Positions 1 to 10,356 of a DNA stretch of 64,000 bases are shown in pieces (position 1 is the stretch's first letter; each line of letters opens with the position of its first letter). The position numbers were made by a program, and so were the translations under genes. The notes under the pieces were generated by a model, which was not told the origin of the DNA, searched no databases, and saw only the letters and a program-made list of their open reading frames with translations. This stretch comes from an uncultured Gemmatimonadales bacterium (GTDB taxonomy: Bacteria; Gemmatimonadota; Gemmatimonadetes; Longimicrobiales; Gaopeijiaceae): NCBI GenBank assembly GCA_963823035.1, contig CAWGKG010000015.1:54379-118378 (forward strand), read 5' to 3'.

Positions 1-181
1 AGCGCTTCTCGACCCGACGCGGCCACGCCTTCGAGTCCAGCTCGACCCAGTCGTTCCAGCGTTCGCGCGGCGGGAAGGCGGCCAGGTGGACCCGGCTCGC
101 ACCCGGGTAGAAGGTCTCGCCGCGCGCCTCGGTCTCGGCGCGGGCGGCGGATACGCGCCGGTTCAGCTCGTTCACGTCCAT
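1..181 (-). CDS. Molybdopterin-dependent oxidoreductase catalytic subunit, N-terminus only (runs off the window)
   Basis: Hand translation MDVNELNRRVSAARAETEARGETFYPGASRVHLAAFPPRERWNDWVELDSKAWPRRVEKR; GGAGG RBS upstream; the 'PP.ERW.DWVELDS.AWP' segment resembles the N-terminus of a DMSO-reductase-family clade; lies directly downstream of a FeS/NrfD gene. Confidence 0.7.
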   Translation of the reverse strand, partial: MDVNELNRRVSAARAETEARGETFYPGASRVHLAAFPPRERWNDWVELDSKAWPRRVEKR

Positions 182-194
182 GGCCGGGCCTCCC

Positions 195-1730
195 TCACGC
201 CAGGGGGACGGATTGGCCCGCCTGAACGTAGGCGTGCTCGTACGCGAAGAGGGCGGCGAGGCCCGCGAGGGCGCCGCTCACCGGCTCGGCCGGGGCGACC
301 ACGATCGCGAGCCCCGCGAGGATGACGCCGGCCCAGAAGAACGGCGCCCACCGCCCCCGCATCATCGCCCGCGCGGCGAGCGCGGCGTGCTCCGTGGGGT
401 GGCCGACGGTGGCCTCGCCGAACGCGAAGGCGAGGTGCAGCACCAGCGCCAGGCCGAAGAAGGACACGACGGGGGCGCGCGCGGGCCCTTCACCGACGAT
501 CAGAAGGAGGACCGCGCCCCCGGCCGCGAAGGCCTGGATCAGCAGGTGCGGCGCGAGCATCGGGCTCTGCCACAGGTCGCGGGCGCGGGCCTGAGCGAAC
601 AGGTAGGCGGTGTAGATCGACGTCATCGCGGCCAACGGGCCGCCGATCCATCCCAGGCGTGGCGCGAGGTCCGCCCTCCCGGTGAGGGCGAGCCCGAGGT
701 GGCCGGCGAGGAGCGTGCCGTACGCGGTCAGGATGAACCCGCCGCGCACGAGCCAGCTCCGCCACTGCGGTCGCAGCAGCACCATCCAGAAGCGCTCCGG
801 GTGCTCCAGGTCCCACACCAGCACGCCGCCCGTGGCGACCAACGCGAGGAGCGCCACGACCGGAGCGGTGATCGCCCACGCCCGGGACGTCCAGGGAAGC
901 AGCCCCAGCACGGCCAGCAGGAGCGGCATGAGATACGCCCCCGCGGCCACGGACTTGGTGAAGGTGTAGAGGCTCACCCTCCAGTCCCACGGCGCGCGGT
1001 GCGGCACGTCGTAGGAGACCACGGCGGCCGCCGAGCTGTTCCAGGGACCCGGGTGGCCCGCGGGAACCTGATGCTTCAGGGCGCCCTGCTCCCCCCAGAG
1101 GAAGAGGCCCCCGTCGGGACGGCGCGCCGCCAGCGGATCGAGCGTCACCTGGTCGGCGCCCTTGTAGAACAGCTTGGGTCGGGTCCCCTTCTCCGGCCTG
1201 CGGACGGTGACGGCGTCCCGGTGGATGATCGCGGACACCGCGGAGAGGGGATCGTCCATGTCCCCGACCATGAGCGCCTGCGTGGGGCAGACGACCACGC
1301 ACGCGGGCTCGAGGCCCACGTCCAGCCGGTGCGCGCAGAAGTTGCACTTCTCGGCCGAGTGGTCCTCGGGATTGATGAAGATCGCGTCGTAGGGGCACGC
1401 CGCGATGCACGCCTTGCACCCGATGCAGATCGACTTGTCGAAGTCCACGATGCCGTCCGGCCGCTTGTGCATCGCCGCGGTCGGGCAGGCGGTCACGCAC
1501 GGCGCGTCCTCGCACTGGTTGCAGCGCGTGACCTGGAAGGAGCGTCGCGCCTGCGGGAAGGCACCCGTGTCCACGTACTTCACGTAGGTGCGGGTGACCG
1601 AAAGCGGGACCTCGTTCTCGGACTTGCAGGCCGTGGTGCAGGCGTGGCAGCCGATGCAGCGGGTGTGATCCACGACCTTCGCCCACCGGGGCGCGGTCGG
1701 GGCCTTCGGGGCGGTGGAGGTCGGGGGCAT
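195..1730 (-). CDS. Fused 4Fe-4S dicluster (NrfC/DmsB-like) and NrfD/PsrC membrane anchor
   Basis: CIGCHACTTAC, CNQCEDAPCVTACP, CIGCKACIAACPY and KCNFC...PACVVVCP motifs, then a multi-TM domain with DLEHPERF and SWLVRG (NrfD-like). Confidence 0.9.
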   Translation of the reverse strand: MPPTSTAPKAPTAPRWAKVVDHTRCIGCHACTTACKSENEVPLSVTRTYVKYVDTGAFPQARRSFQVTRCNQCEDAPCVTACPTAAMHKRPDGIVDFDKSICIGCKACIAACPYDAIFINPEDHSAEKCNFCAHRLDVGLEPACVVVCPTQALMVGDMDDPLSAVSAIIHRDAVTVRRPEKGTRPKLFYKGADQVTLDPLAARRPDGGLFLWGEQGALKHQVPAGHPGPWNSSAAAVVSYDVPHRAPWDWRVSLYTFTKSVAAGAYLMPLLLAVLGLLPWTSRAWAITAPVVALLALVATGGVLVWDLEHPERFWMVLLRPQWRSWLVRGGFILTAYGTLLAGHLGLALTGRADLAPRLGWIGGPLAAMTSIYTAYLFAQARARDLWQSPMLAPHLLIQAFAAGGAVLLLIVGEGPARAPVVSFFGLALVLHLAFAFGEATVGHPTEHAALAARAMMRGRWAPFFWAGVILAGLAIVVAPAEPVSGALAGLAALFAYEHAYVQAGQSVPLA

Positions 1731-1829
1731 CGCGAGAGGGTCGCGGTGGAGCGGGCAGAGGACGGCGCCAACCTATCGCCTGCGCCGATCCGGCGATACC
1801 GCCCGCCGGCCGCGCCGCGCCCGGGAGAT

Positions 1830-3186
1830 TCAGCCCCGCGGCGCGAGCCCTCGGAGTCCCTCCACGAGCCACTCGGGAATCCGCGCCCGATCGCGCGGCG
1901 AGGTCCCGTCCGCCCCGTGCAGGGCCGTCGAGCAGGCGATCGAGCGCGGCGTCCAGCCGCGCCTGCGCCTCCGGGTCGATGCCGGCGGCCTCGATCACCG
2001 GATCGGCGGAGACGCGCGGGCCGCGGATCGGCTCGTAGCTGATGCGCCCCTCGAGCTCGACGACCAGGTCGTGCAGCGCGAGCGCCGACTCAGCGAGCTC
2101 CCGAACGCGGGCGTAGTGCTCCAGCCGCTCGGGCCTCGACGAGGAGAAGTCCTCGAGCGCGGTGGCCATCCGCAGCGAACGCAACGGCCCGGACATCCCC
2201 GCCTCCGTCGCGGCCGTCAGGTAGGCCTCCCGGTAGAGCGCGGCCTCCTGCGCCTGCGCGGCGTCCACGTAGGCTTCGTAGCGCTCCCAGTACGGGCGCA
2301 CCTCCGGGTAGGACGAGGGATCGGCCAGGTAGGCGCCCTCGAGCCACGCGTCCGGTACCGGCCCCGGAGCCGTCTCCGTCCCGAGCGCGTCCACGCGCTC
2401 GACGAAGCCCTCGTAGGCGTCCTGCCGGATCTGCTCCTCCGTGCGCGTCACGGTCCGAGGGGCACGGACCCGCTCGACGCCCGTCGCGTTCTCCGCGTCC
2501 GCCTCGTCGGTACCGAGCGCCGGGCGCCCCACGCGCGCGAAGACCACGGCCGCGCCGATCAGGACCACGAAGAGCGCGACCACGCCTATCCGGTTCGGCC
2601 GGGCCGGCGTGAGCTTGCGCTGGGGAGGCGCGAAGCGAGGGCGTCCGAAGGGGCCTTCGTGGCTCACGCGCTCGGGGCCACGGAGCACCTCGCTCGACTG
2701 GGCGGTCACGAGCGGCAGGTCGTGCCCGTGCCGGTTCGACGCCGCCGCGTCGTAGCGGCGCTCCTCCTCCATCTTCAGGATGAAGGCGCGCTGTGCTTCC
2801 TCCGGCGTTTCCTCGGGGGTCGGCGCGAGATCCAGCTCGATCTCGTCGGTCGGCGGCGTCCTGGGCGCGCTTCCCGACTCCGTTCCGGGCGCCTCGGCCG
2901 TCGCACCCGCCGCGAGGTCCTCGGCGTCGCCCTCCTCGTCGCCCGCGCGCGCCTCCTCGGCGATGCGTCGGGAGAGGCGCTCGGCGTCGGGGTGCGTGAC
3001 CAGCGGATCGCGGAAGAGCGCGACCATCGGATGGACCTCCGCGCGGGTCCATGCGCCCGTCAGGGCATCGAAGACCTCGTCCTCGGGCCGGACCACGCCG
3101 GACCGGACGAGCTCCGCGAAGGTGTCCATCGTGCGCGGCTCGAGCAGCCGGCCGTCGTGCGTCCGTATCCGGAAACGACCATCCAT
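1830..3186 (-). CDS. Hypothetical bitopic membrane protein with GYF_2-like N-terminal domain (frameshift ~1928)
   Basis: ATG 3186 MDGRFRIRTHDG...LVRSGVVRPEDEVFDALTGAW; acidic linker; TM IGVVALFVVLIGAAVVF; helical C-domain; last ~30 codons continue in another frame to TGA at 1830. Confidence 0.6.
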
Positions 3187-3532
3187 CCTACGTGCAGCCC
3201 TCTCCCCATCGACCCCGAACCGTCCGGTCCCACCTGGGAACGACGGCCCGCCGGCTGCATGCCGGAGGACCGAGACGACCGGATGTGTCGGAGACGCCCG
3301 CCCTGGTGTTCGCCGGCCAGGAAGATGGTCTTCCCTACGCGGCCACCGACCCGGTGGGTCGGGCGGACCGGCGTCCCGAAGGGAGGGGAGGACGCGGAGC
3401 GGACACGTCTTCCCTCGTATCAACGGTAGACCCGTCCAGCGCCGGGACGCAAGGAGATCGGGGGCCGCGTGGCAGGGTTCGTTCGGGCGCCGGAACATCC
3501 GTTCCCGCCCTCCCCGGCGGGGCCGGCGGAGG

Positions 3533-4003
3533 TCACGGGCCCACCCGCGCCCGCGCCCGCTCCACCTGCTCGATGAGCGACGCGCTGAAGACCTCCTTGT
3601 TCGCCTCGAACCAGACGACCCACGACGGCGTGCGGCGCAGGTGGTCCTCCAGCGTCCGCTCGTAGCTCTCCCACATCTGTCGGTCGAGAGCGCCGACCCG
3701 GTGCTGGTAGACCAGGTTGCCGAAGTGACGGAACACCGCCGTCATGTACGCGTCCCACCGAACGCGCTCCTCGGGGGACAGCACCTCCGGGTTCGCCTGG
3801 GCACGGTGGAGGAACGCTGCGAACTCCGAGTCCCGGAAGGAGTGCTCCAGGAGCGTGATGCTGTTCTGCACCATGGAGTTGAACGACGCCGCGCGCACCG
3901 ACGTCGTGTTCTGCTGCATCTGCTGCGCGAGGTAGACCAGAGAGACGACGACGCCGAGGGCGCCGACGAACTCACCGAGGTTTCCGAGGGCCTGGAGGGT
4001 CAC
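3533..4003 (-). CDS. Hypothetical protein with N-terminal TM helix
   Basis: GTG 4003 MTLQALGNLGEFVGALGVVVSLVYLAQQMQQNT..., a recurrent uncharacterised N-terminal pattern; good codon usage. Confidence 0.7.
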   Translation of the reverse strand: MTLQALGNLGEFVGALGVVVSLVYLAQQMQQNTTSVRAASFNSMVQNSITLLEHSFRDSEFAAFLHRAQANPEVLSPEERVRWDAYMTAVFRHFGNLVYQHRVGALDRQMWESYERTLEDHLRRTPSWVVWFEANKEVFSASLIEQVERARARVGP

Positions 4004-4428
4004 TTGGCTGAACACGCGGGTGCCGGAGGTGCGTGGGAGGGTCTCGATCCGGGGTCGGTCCCTGCTGCGCTTCGTCGGCGGGGCGTACGGAGGTCTCCGG
4101 ATCGATCGAGGAAGAAAGATACTGAACGTACGTCCGGAGACGAGCACCCTCGGAACGCTCCCTGGTGCGGCGCAGGCGGCCCATCACCGCTCCCACGTGG
4201 AAGGAGGAGCCCAGGAGCAGAAGGACTGCGCCGAGGATCGCACCGAGGCCGATCGGGGCGCTGGGGGGGCCGGACACGGCGAGCGCCAGGAGGACGAACC
4301 CGCCGACGACCTCCGCCAGCGGGAGGATCGGGACGCCCAGGCCCACGCGGCGCGACCGCCCTCGCCTTCACGGCCCCGGAGACGAGGAGAAGGATCGCGG
4401 TGATCACGAGGAGCGGCGTCACGTGCAT
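3972..4428 (-). CDS. Small membrane protein, MauE/DoxX-like (frameshift ~4350)
   Basis: MHVTPLLVITAILLLVSGAVK joins VGLGVPILPLAEVVGGFVLLAL... in a second frame; 3 TM segments; GGAGG RBS upstream. Confidence 0.55.
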
Positions 4429-4443
4429 GGGTGCCTCCGCTTC

Positions 4444-4654
4444 TCAGCCGAGCAGCTCGTCGACGAGAAAGAGGTCGGTGAGCAGCGCGCGCAGGTGCAC
4501 GTTCGCGTTCAGGTTGTCGATCAACTGCGAGCTGATGGACGGCTGCGCCGCGACCAGGCGCACCGCCGCGTGGCGCGCGGGCGTCGCCGTCGATCATGTC
4601 GATCACCTCTCCCCACCGTTCGGCGGGCTCGAGGCAACATAAGAGCCGGCCCAA
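4444..4654 (-). CDS. Small hypothetical protein, ~70 aa (frameshift ~4565)
   Basis: TTG start MGRLLCCLEPAERWGEVIDMIDGDAR joined to HAAVRLVAAQPSISSQLIDNLNANVHLRALLTDLFLVDELLG*; strong GC3 bias in both halves. Confidence 0.6.
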
Positions 4655-4716
4655 ACGGGCGCGAGCGAACCACGGGAGGCTGGACCGGGCCCACGGGAAT
4701 CGACACTTTGGAAACC

Positions 4717-5727
4717 ATGGATCCGAGCCGTTTCTCCCTCAGGCCGGCATCCCTCGCAGCACTCTCCCTCCTCATCGCGTTCCCAGGCAAGACGCTGGCG
4801 CAGGCCGGCTCCTTCGGCCCGCTGACGTTCGAGGAGGGAGCGCCGCTGCAGCGGATGTCGTACACGCACGCCACGGACGTGGCGGACCCCCTCCCGCGTG
4901 GCGCGCTCCAGACCGACGTGTGGATGGGCTACTCGAACATCTTCGAGCGCGACTCCACAGGCACGCACGACCTCTTCCTGGATCTCGAGCGGCTCATCTC
5001 GACCGCGGGGGTGCGCTACGGCGTCGCCGACGGGCTGGAGGTCGGGGGCCGGCTTTCGTGGGAGACGTCGGGCGGGGGCGTCCTCGACGACTTCATCTCG
5101 GAGTGGCACCAGACCCTCGGGCTCGGGAACGCGGACCGGGCCAAGTACCCCAGCGGCAGGTACATCCAGCGGTTGCGCGACCAGGGCGGCGTCGTGCGCC
5201 TGGACGTACCCCAACGCACCCTGGGGCTGGACGACGTGCGCCTCTTCGCGAAGTGGAGGGTCCTGGGATCGACCGGCGGGAGCCGGGTCTTCTCCGTGCG
5301 CGCCGTCGCACGCTTCCCCACGCAGCAGAACCAGGTCGGGCCGCAGCGCTCCGATGTAGCGCTCATGGCCCTGACGCGGCTGTCGTGGAAGCGCTGGCAC
5401 GTCCACGGCACGGTCGGTGGCGCGACGGTGCGCGTGGCGCAGGACTACGACGGGCTCCTGCGCTCGTCGTCATGGTTCGCCGACCTCGCCGTCGAGCGCA
5501 ACCTGACCGGCTCGTTCTCGGCCCTGGCCCAGTACTCGCTGGCGACGCCTCGCCTGCGCGGGATCGGACAGCCCGAGGTCGACGGCGCGCCCGGCAACCT
5601 CCTCTTCGGAGCCGCCGGCTCACTGGGTAGGTCCTGGCGCTGGGACGTGAGCTTCCAGGAGGACGTTCCGGCCATGAGCCCCTCCGTGGACTTCACGCTC
5701 GGCATCGGCATTCGCAGGAGCTGGTAG
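4717..5727 (+). CDS. DUF3187-like outer-membrane beta-barrel protein
   Basis: Signal peptide; GGGVLDDFISEWHQTLG motif; C-terminal DFTLGIGIRRSW barrel signature. Confidence 0.75.
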   Translation: MDPSRFSLRPASLAALSLLIAFPGKTLAQAGSFGPLTFEEGAPLQRMSYTHATDVADPLPRGALQTDVWMGYSNIFERDSTGTHDLFLDLERLISTAGVRYGVADGLEVGGRLSWETSGGGVLDDFISEWHQTLGLGNADRAKYPSGRYIQRLRDQGGVVRLDVPQRTLGLDDVRLFAKWRVLGSTGGSRVFSVRAVARFPTQQNQVGPQRSDVALMALTRLSWKRWHVHGTVGGATVRVAQDYDGLLRSSSWFADLAVERNLTGSFSALAQYSLATPRLRGIGQPEVDGAPGNLLFGAAGSLGRSWRWDVSFQEDVPAMSPSVDFTLGIGIRRSW

Positions 5728-5833
5728 AGGGCCGGGGGGGCGGTCGGCGGGTGGGTGGGAGACTTCCGCGGGTGGGGGGGCCATCTTGGGCATCCACCCC
5801 CCGCGAGCCCGACGACGACGGAAGACCGGTCCG

Positions 5834-6829
5834 ATGTTCCGAACCCTCGCGAACGCCCTCCCGCTCTCCCTCACGCTCCTCTTCCCGTTGGGCGTGTCCG
5901 CGCAACGTCCCCCCTTGGGACCGCTGAGCGCGGAGGAGGGCGCGCCCCTCCAGCGGCTGGGCTACACGCCCATGGTGGAGGCCGCCGCTCCGGTCGGGGT
6001 CGGGACGCTGCGCACAGAGGTGTGGATCGGATACACGAACCTCTTCGAGCAGGACTCCACCGCCGACCACGTGCTCTACCTGGACATGGAGCGGATGGTC
6101 ACCGCGGTAACCGTCCGCTACGGTCTCGCCGAGGACGTCGAGGTGGGAGGCCGCCTCTCCCTCCATTCGTCCTGGGGGGGATTCCTGGACGGCGCCATGG
6201 TCGGCTTCCATCGCTTGCTGGGTCTCGGGGTGCGTGAGCGGCCGTTCCATCCGGAAGGCGCGTACCGCGACGTCCTGCGCGACGGGGGTGGACGGACGCT
6301 CGCCGAGGTGCCCGAGCGACATCTCGCCCTCGACGACGTGCGCCTGTTCGCCAAGTGGGGGCTGCTCGCCGGGCCCCATGGCGCCGGCAGCCTGAGCGTG
6401 CGCGCCGTCGCCCGCATCCCCACGTCGCAGCCCACGGTCGGATCCGAGCGGGCCGACGTTGGGCTCATGCTCCTCGGCAACGTGGCGTGGCGCGGCGTCC
6501 ATCTCCACGCCATGGCCGGAGGGTCCAGCGTGCGGCGCGGCGCCGACATGCTCGACGTCCTCCGCGGTCGGCAGTGGTTCGGGATGGTCGGTGTCGAGCG
6601 TCCCCTGCGGGAGGGGCTGTCGGGTGTGGTCGAGTGGACCGCCTCGACGTCGCTGGTGCGCGACTTCGGTGATCACGACGTGGACGGCGCTCCGATGAAC
6701 GTCGTCTTCGGCCTCGTGGGCGTCACCGGGAGCGGCTGGCGGTGGGAGGCGGCGCTGCAGGAGGACTGCCCGCCCCGCGGTCCCTCGCTCGACTTCACGC
6801 TGCAACTCGCGCTCGCCCGCAGCTGGTGA
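5834..6829 (+). CDS. DUF3187-like outer-membrane protein, tandem paralog
   Basis: Signal peptide; shares EEGAPLQR, LDDVRLFAKW and DFTL..RSW with the upstream gene; WGGFLDGAMVGFHRLLG. Confidence 0.75.
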   Translation: MFRTLANALPLSLTLLFPLGVSAQRPPLGPLSAEEGAPLQRLGYTPMVEAAAPVGVGTLRTEVWIGYTNLFEQDSTADHVLYLDMERMVTAVTVRYGLAEDVEVGGRLSLHSSWGGFLDGAMVGFHRLLGLGVRERPFHPEGAYRDVLRDGGGRTLAEVPERHLALDDVRLFAKWGLLAGPHGAGSLSVRAVARIPTSQPTVGSERADVGLMLLGNVAWRGVHLHAMAGGSSVRRGADMLDVLRGRQWFGMVGVERPLREGLSGVVEWTASTSLVRDFGDHDVDGAPMNVVFGLVGVTGSGWRWEAALQEDCPPRGPSLDFTLQLALARSW

Positions 6830-6861
6830 GCGGAGGAGCCGGCGGACGAGCGAGGGGGGAA

Positions 6862-6934
<73 letters not shown>

Positions 6935-7137
6935 GATCGCCCGGATGATACCGGCGCGCGACGGGCGCTTCAAGGTCCCGGCGTCGGCACCCCCGGCCCT
7001 TCCGGCAGGGCTCGCCCGGAGTCTCCCCGGCGGTGGCGCGAGGAACGTGCTGGTGACGCGCCGCACGCCATGCGATCATAGGTCGATCGTTCGCCCTGGA
7101 CAGGGGCGCCGCGACGGACGCGACGGGAGGCCCCCGC

Positions 7138-7303
7138 ATGCTCAAGTGGATCCGTGACGTGAGGCTGGACTTCAAGACCGGGGTGGTCGTGATCATCCTC
7201 GCGCTGGTCTTCTGGGGGATCGTGACGCTGGGCGCGTGTCCGCGACTTCGTGCCCGAGGAGTACAAGGAGTCCGCGCCGGAGACGCCGGTCCGGGTGCCC
7301 TAG
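7138..7303 (+). CDS. Small single-pass membrane protein, ~55 aa (probable frameshift ~7235)
   Basis: GGGAGG RBS 7125-7130; MLKWIRDVRLDFKTGVVVIILALVFWGIVTLG, then VRDFVPEEYKESAPETPVRVP* in the shifted frame; missed by the ORF track. Confidence 0.6.
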
Positions 7304-7355
7304 CCTAGGACAGGACCCCGGCAGGCTGTTGAAGAGGGCCCGCGCGGACGGACGC

Positions 7356-8844
7356 TCACCCCTGGGCGGCGCGCAGCAACACGTAGAAGGTGCACCCCGA
7401 GCCCGGCTGCGACACCACGCCCACCTCGCCACCCATCCGCTCGACCGCCTTCTGGACGATCGACAGCCCCACGCCCGTGCCGGGGAAGCGGGTGGGATCG
7501 AGGCGCTCGAAGGCCCGGAAGGCGCGCGCGACGTCTCCCGGCGCGACACCGATGCCGTTGTCCGTGATCTCGATGCGCACGTGCGTCTCCTGGCGGCGCG
7601 CGCCGATGTGCACGGACGGCGTCCGCCCCTTCGGCACGAACTTGACCGCGTTGGACAGGAGGTTCTCCACCACGCTCTCCAGGAGCATCCGGTCGGCCTC
7701 CACGGCCGGGAGGTCCTCCTCCACCGCGACGGAGGCGCCGCGCTCCTCGATGGGGCCGGCGAGGGCGGCGCGCGCTCCCTCGACCACGTCCGCGAGCTCG
7801 ATCCGCTCCAGGCGCACGGGTGCGCGACTCACGCGCCCGTAGCTCAACACGTCCTGCACGAAGCCGTCCATCCTCCGGCTGGCCACGAGCATGCGATCGA
7901 GGAACTCCCGGGCCCTCCCGCTCATCTCGTGGCCATGCTCGGCCGACAGGATGGAGGCGAAGCCGCCGAGGGTGACCAGGTGCGTCCTGAGGTCGTGCGA
8001 CACCGAGTACGTGAAGCCCTCGAGCTCGGAGACGGCCTCCTGGAGCTCCCGCGTGCGTCGCTCGGCCAACTGGTGCAGGGCCCAGTCCTCCGAGACGTCC
8101 CGGATCGAGCCCTGGTACTCCGCCACCTGGCCCTCCGAGGCGCGGCGGGCGGTGGCCGTGACCAGGCAGTCGCGGAGCTCCCCGGCGCGTGTGCGCAGCT
8201 GGACCGGGAAGTCCTCCACGAACCCGTCCCGCACGATCCTCTGGCGGAAGAGGTCGCGGTCGGAGGGCTCGGCGTAGAGCGTCGAGATGTCGAGGTCCAA
8301 CAGCTCGGCGCGTCCGTAGCCGAAGAGCCGCACCAGGGCGTCGTTGGCCTCGATCACCTTCCCGTCGACGTGGGACACGTACATGGCGTCGCGTGACCGC
8401 TCGAAGAGCACGCGGTAGCGATCCTCGGTCTCCCTCAGGGCGTGCTCGGCGGCGCGCCAGTCGGTGAGGTGCCGGTCCAGACGCACGCCCAGGTCGCGCA
8501 GCAGCCCGACCACGCAACCCACCACGATCACGAGCGCCGACCCCTCCGCCCCCGCCTCCCGGGCCACCAGCTCCCACCCCTCCACGCCGACCAGGTGAGA
8601 GCAGGAGGGCGTTGAGCGGCACGCTCGCCACGCCCGCGAGAAGCCCGCCCCACGCGCCGAACAGCCATCCGAGGATCACCACCGGGAAGAGGGCGAGCGC
8701 CAGCACGGCGGTGTCCCCTTCGCGGTAGAGAGGGACGAACGCCGTCGCGTACACGACCACCACCAACGCCGCGAGCGCGAGCCGCCGCCACATGGGCTCG
8801 ATGACGAGGCTCGAGCGAAACGGGTTCCGACGCTCGGGTCTCAT
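7356..8844 (-). CDS. Membrane PAS-domain sensor histidine kinase (frameshift ~8597)
   Basis: N-terminal TM helices, PAS domain, H-box YSVSHDLR, N-box NLLSNAVKF, DNGIG, GTGVGL; ATGA overlap with the upstream receiver gene. Confidence 0.9.
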
Positions 8845-9275
8845 GGCGCCGACGGGCCCGGTCGGGCGTCGGAGGCGATCTGGAAGACCCGCCGGAAGAT
8901 CTCGAGGTAGCGGCGGAAGTCGGCCGGCTTCTGGAAGTAGCCGCGCGCGCCGAGGTTGAACGCGTGGTCCGCGTCCATGGGGTTCTCGGAGGCCGTGAGC
9001 ACGACCACCGGGACGTGCAGGAGGCTCGGGACCTCCCGCATCCACTCGAGCACCTCGAACCCGGAGGCGTGGGGCATGCCGAGGTCGAGGATGACGACGC
9101 CCCCTTCCACCGGCTCGTGCCCGGCGACGCGGCGACGCATCCAGGAGATCGCCTCACGGCCGTCGGCGACTTCGTGGACGGGAACGTCCGCCTGGACGCG
9201 GGCCAGCGCCTCTTTCACGAGGATCCGGTGGTCCGCCTCGTCCTCGACCAGGAGGATCCAGTCCACGGGAGGCAT
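8841..9275 (-). CDS. Single-domain response regulator (receiver only)
   Basis: ILLVEDE, ILDLGMP, VVVLT and YFQKP motifs. Confidence 0.92.
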   Translation of the reverse strand: MPPVDWILLVEDEADHRILVKEALARVQADVPVHEVADGREAISWMRRRVAGHEPVEGGVVILDLGMPHASGFEVLEWMREVPSLLHVPVVVLTASENPMDADHAFNLGARGYFQKPADFRRYLEIFRRVFQIASDARPGPSAP

Positions 9276-9365
9276 CGCCTGCCTTTTCGGTGGTCTCAGT
9301 CGCTTTCCGGGGGATGCTCAAAGATGGAAACGAATGGCGGCAGGCGCCAACGTTTCGAGCCTCCG

Positions 9366-10356
9366 TCAGCCCTCCGCGTCCGGGCGGTTGCGCTCCAGGA
9401 AGTCGTCCGTCCCCTCCGGGAGGAGGAGGTCGTCGGAGATGGCCGCGATCTCCTCGGCCTCCTCCCACGCGCGCTCCAGACGCCACAGCTCGCCCTCCAG
9501 GGCGCGCCGCTCCTGCTCCTCGTGCAGCGCCATCTCGACGGCCAGGCGGGTGGGTGCGGACAGCTTCGCGAGCTTCCCGTCCCCGGAGCTGGACGGCGTG
9601 GTTCCCCGCGGCGCTGCGCATCACGGCGTCCGGACTGCCGTGCTCGTCGAGGAGGCGCACCGCGTCCTGGACGTCCGCGCGCTTCGCGCCCCGCCGGTTG
9701 ATCCGGCTGATGACGATGCCGGCGGCCTGCTGGGCCTCCGTGCCCTCGAACCGGTATTCCTTGCGCCTCTTCTTCACCACGAACGACCAGTCGCCCTCCG
9801 CGTACTCGATCCTGGCGCGGGCCAGATCGGGGTTCTTGAGCTTGAGGATCTGGCCGTCCGGCGCACGGACGCGGGCGAGCGTCCGGCCGTTCACGAACAC
9901 GTTCACGAAGTTGCCGGACTGGCCCAGGAGCCCCGCGCTGATCGCGCCCGTCGCCACACCGCCCACGAGCACCAGGCCCACGACGGCCACGCCGCCGACG
10001 CCATAGAGGATGGCTCGCTTGCGGCGCCGCCCGAACTGGTCGCCGTAGCGCCACGCGGCGAACTCGGGACGCAGGGGCTCTCCGATGCGGACCAGCTCCA
10101 GCCCCTCCGGATGGCGGGCCAGCCCGATGTGCTCGGTGGAGACCCGCACGCGCGTCCCACGGAAGATCCGCTCGCACGTTTCCACGGCCTCCCACCGCTC
10201 CTCCAGCGGCGACAGGTTCCACCGCTCGCACTTTCCGCACACGACCCAGAGCCGGCCCTTCGCGGCGTCGAAGGCGAGCCTCCGCCCGACGGGGAAGGTC
10301 TCGACCACCTCGTTGGAGCCGAGCGGCTTGTTGCAGAACATGCAGGTCGTGAACAC
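9366..10356 (-). CDS. Hypothetical protein with N-terminal Zn-ribbon (frameshift ~9603)
   Basis: CMFC...CGKC pairs, RWNLSPLEERWEAVE, one TM segment; C-terminus RLAVEMALHEEQERRALEGEL...AAISDDLL in the shifted frame to TGA at 9366. Confidence 0.75.

Noticed and set aside
180..2042. Long antisense ORFs overlapping real genes throughout the window
   Set aside because: Typical shadow ORFs of high-GC3 genes; no recognisable motifs
490..3498. 1002-aa ORF and other very long track ORFs (e.g. 32260-34506, 33321-36200, 52366-55386, 16157-18760) as novel fusion proteins
   Set aside because: They arise from frameshift errors or stop-poor high-GC frames joining a real gene to Arg/Pro/Gly-rich shadow sequence
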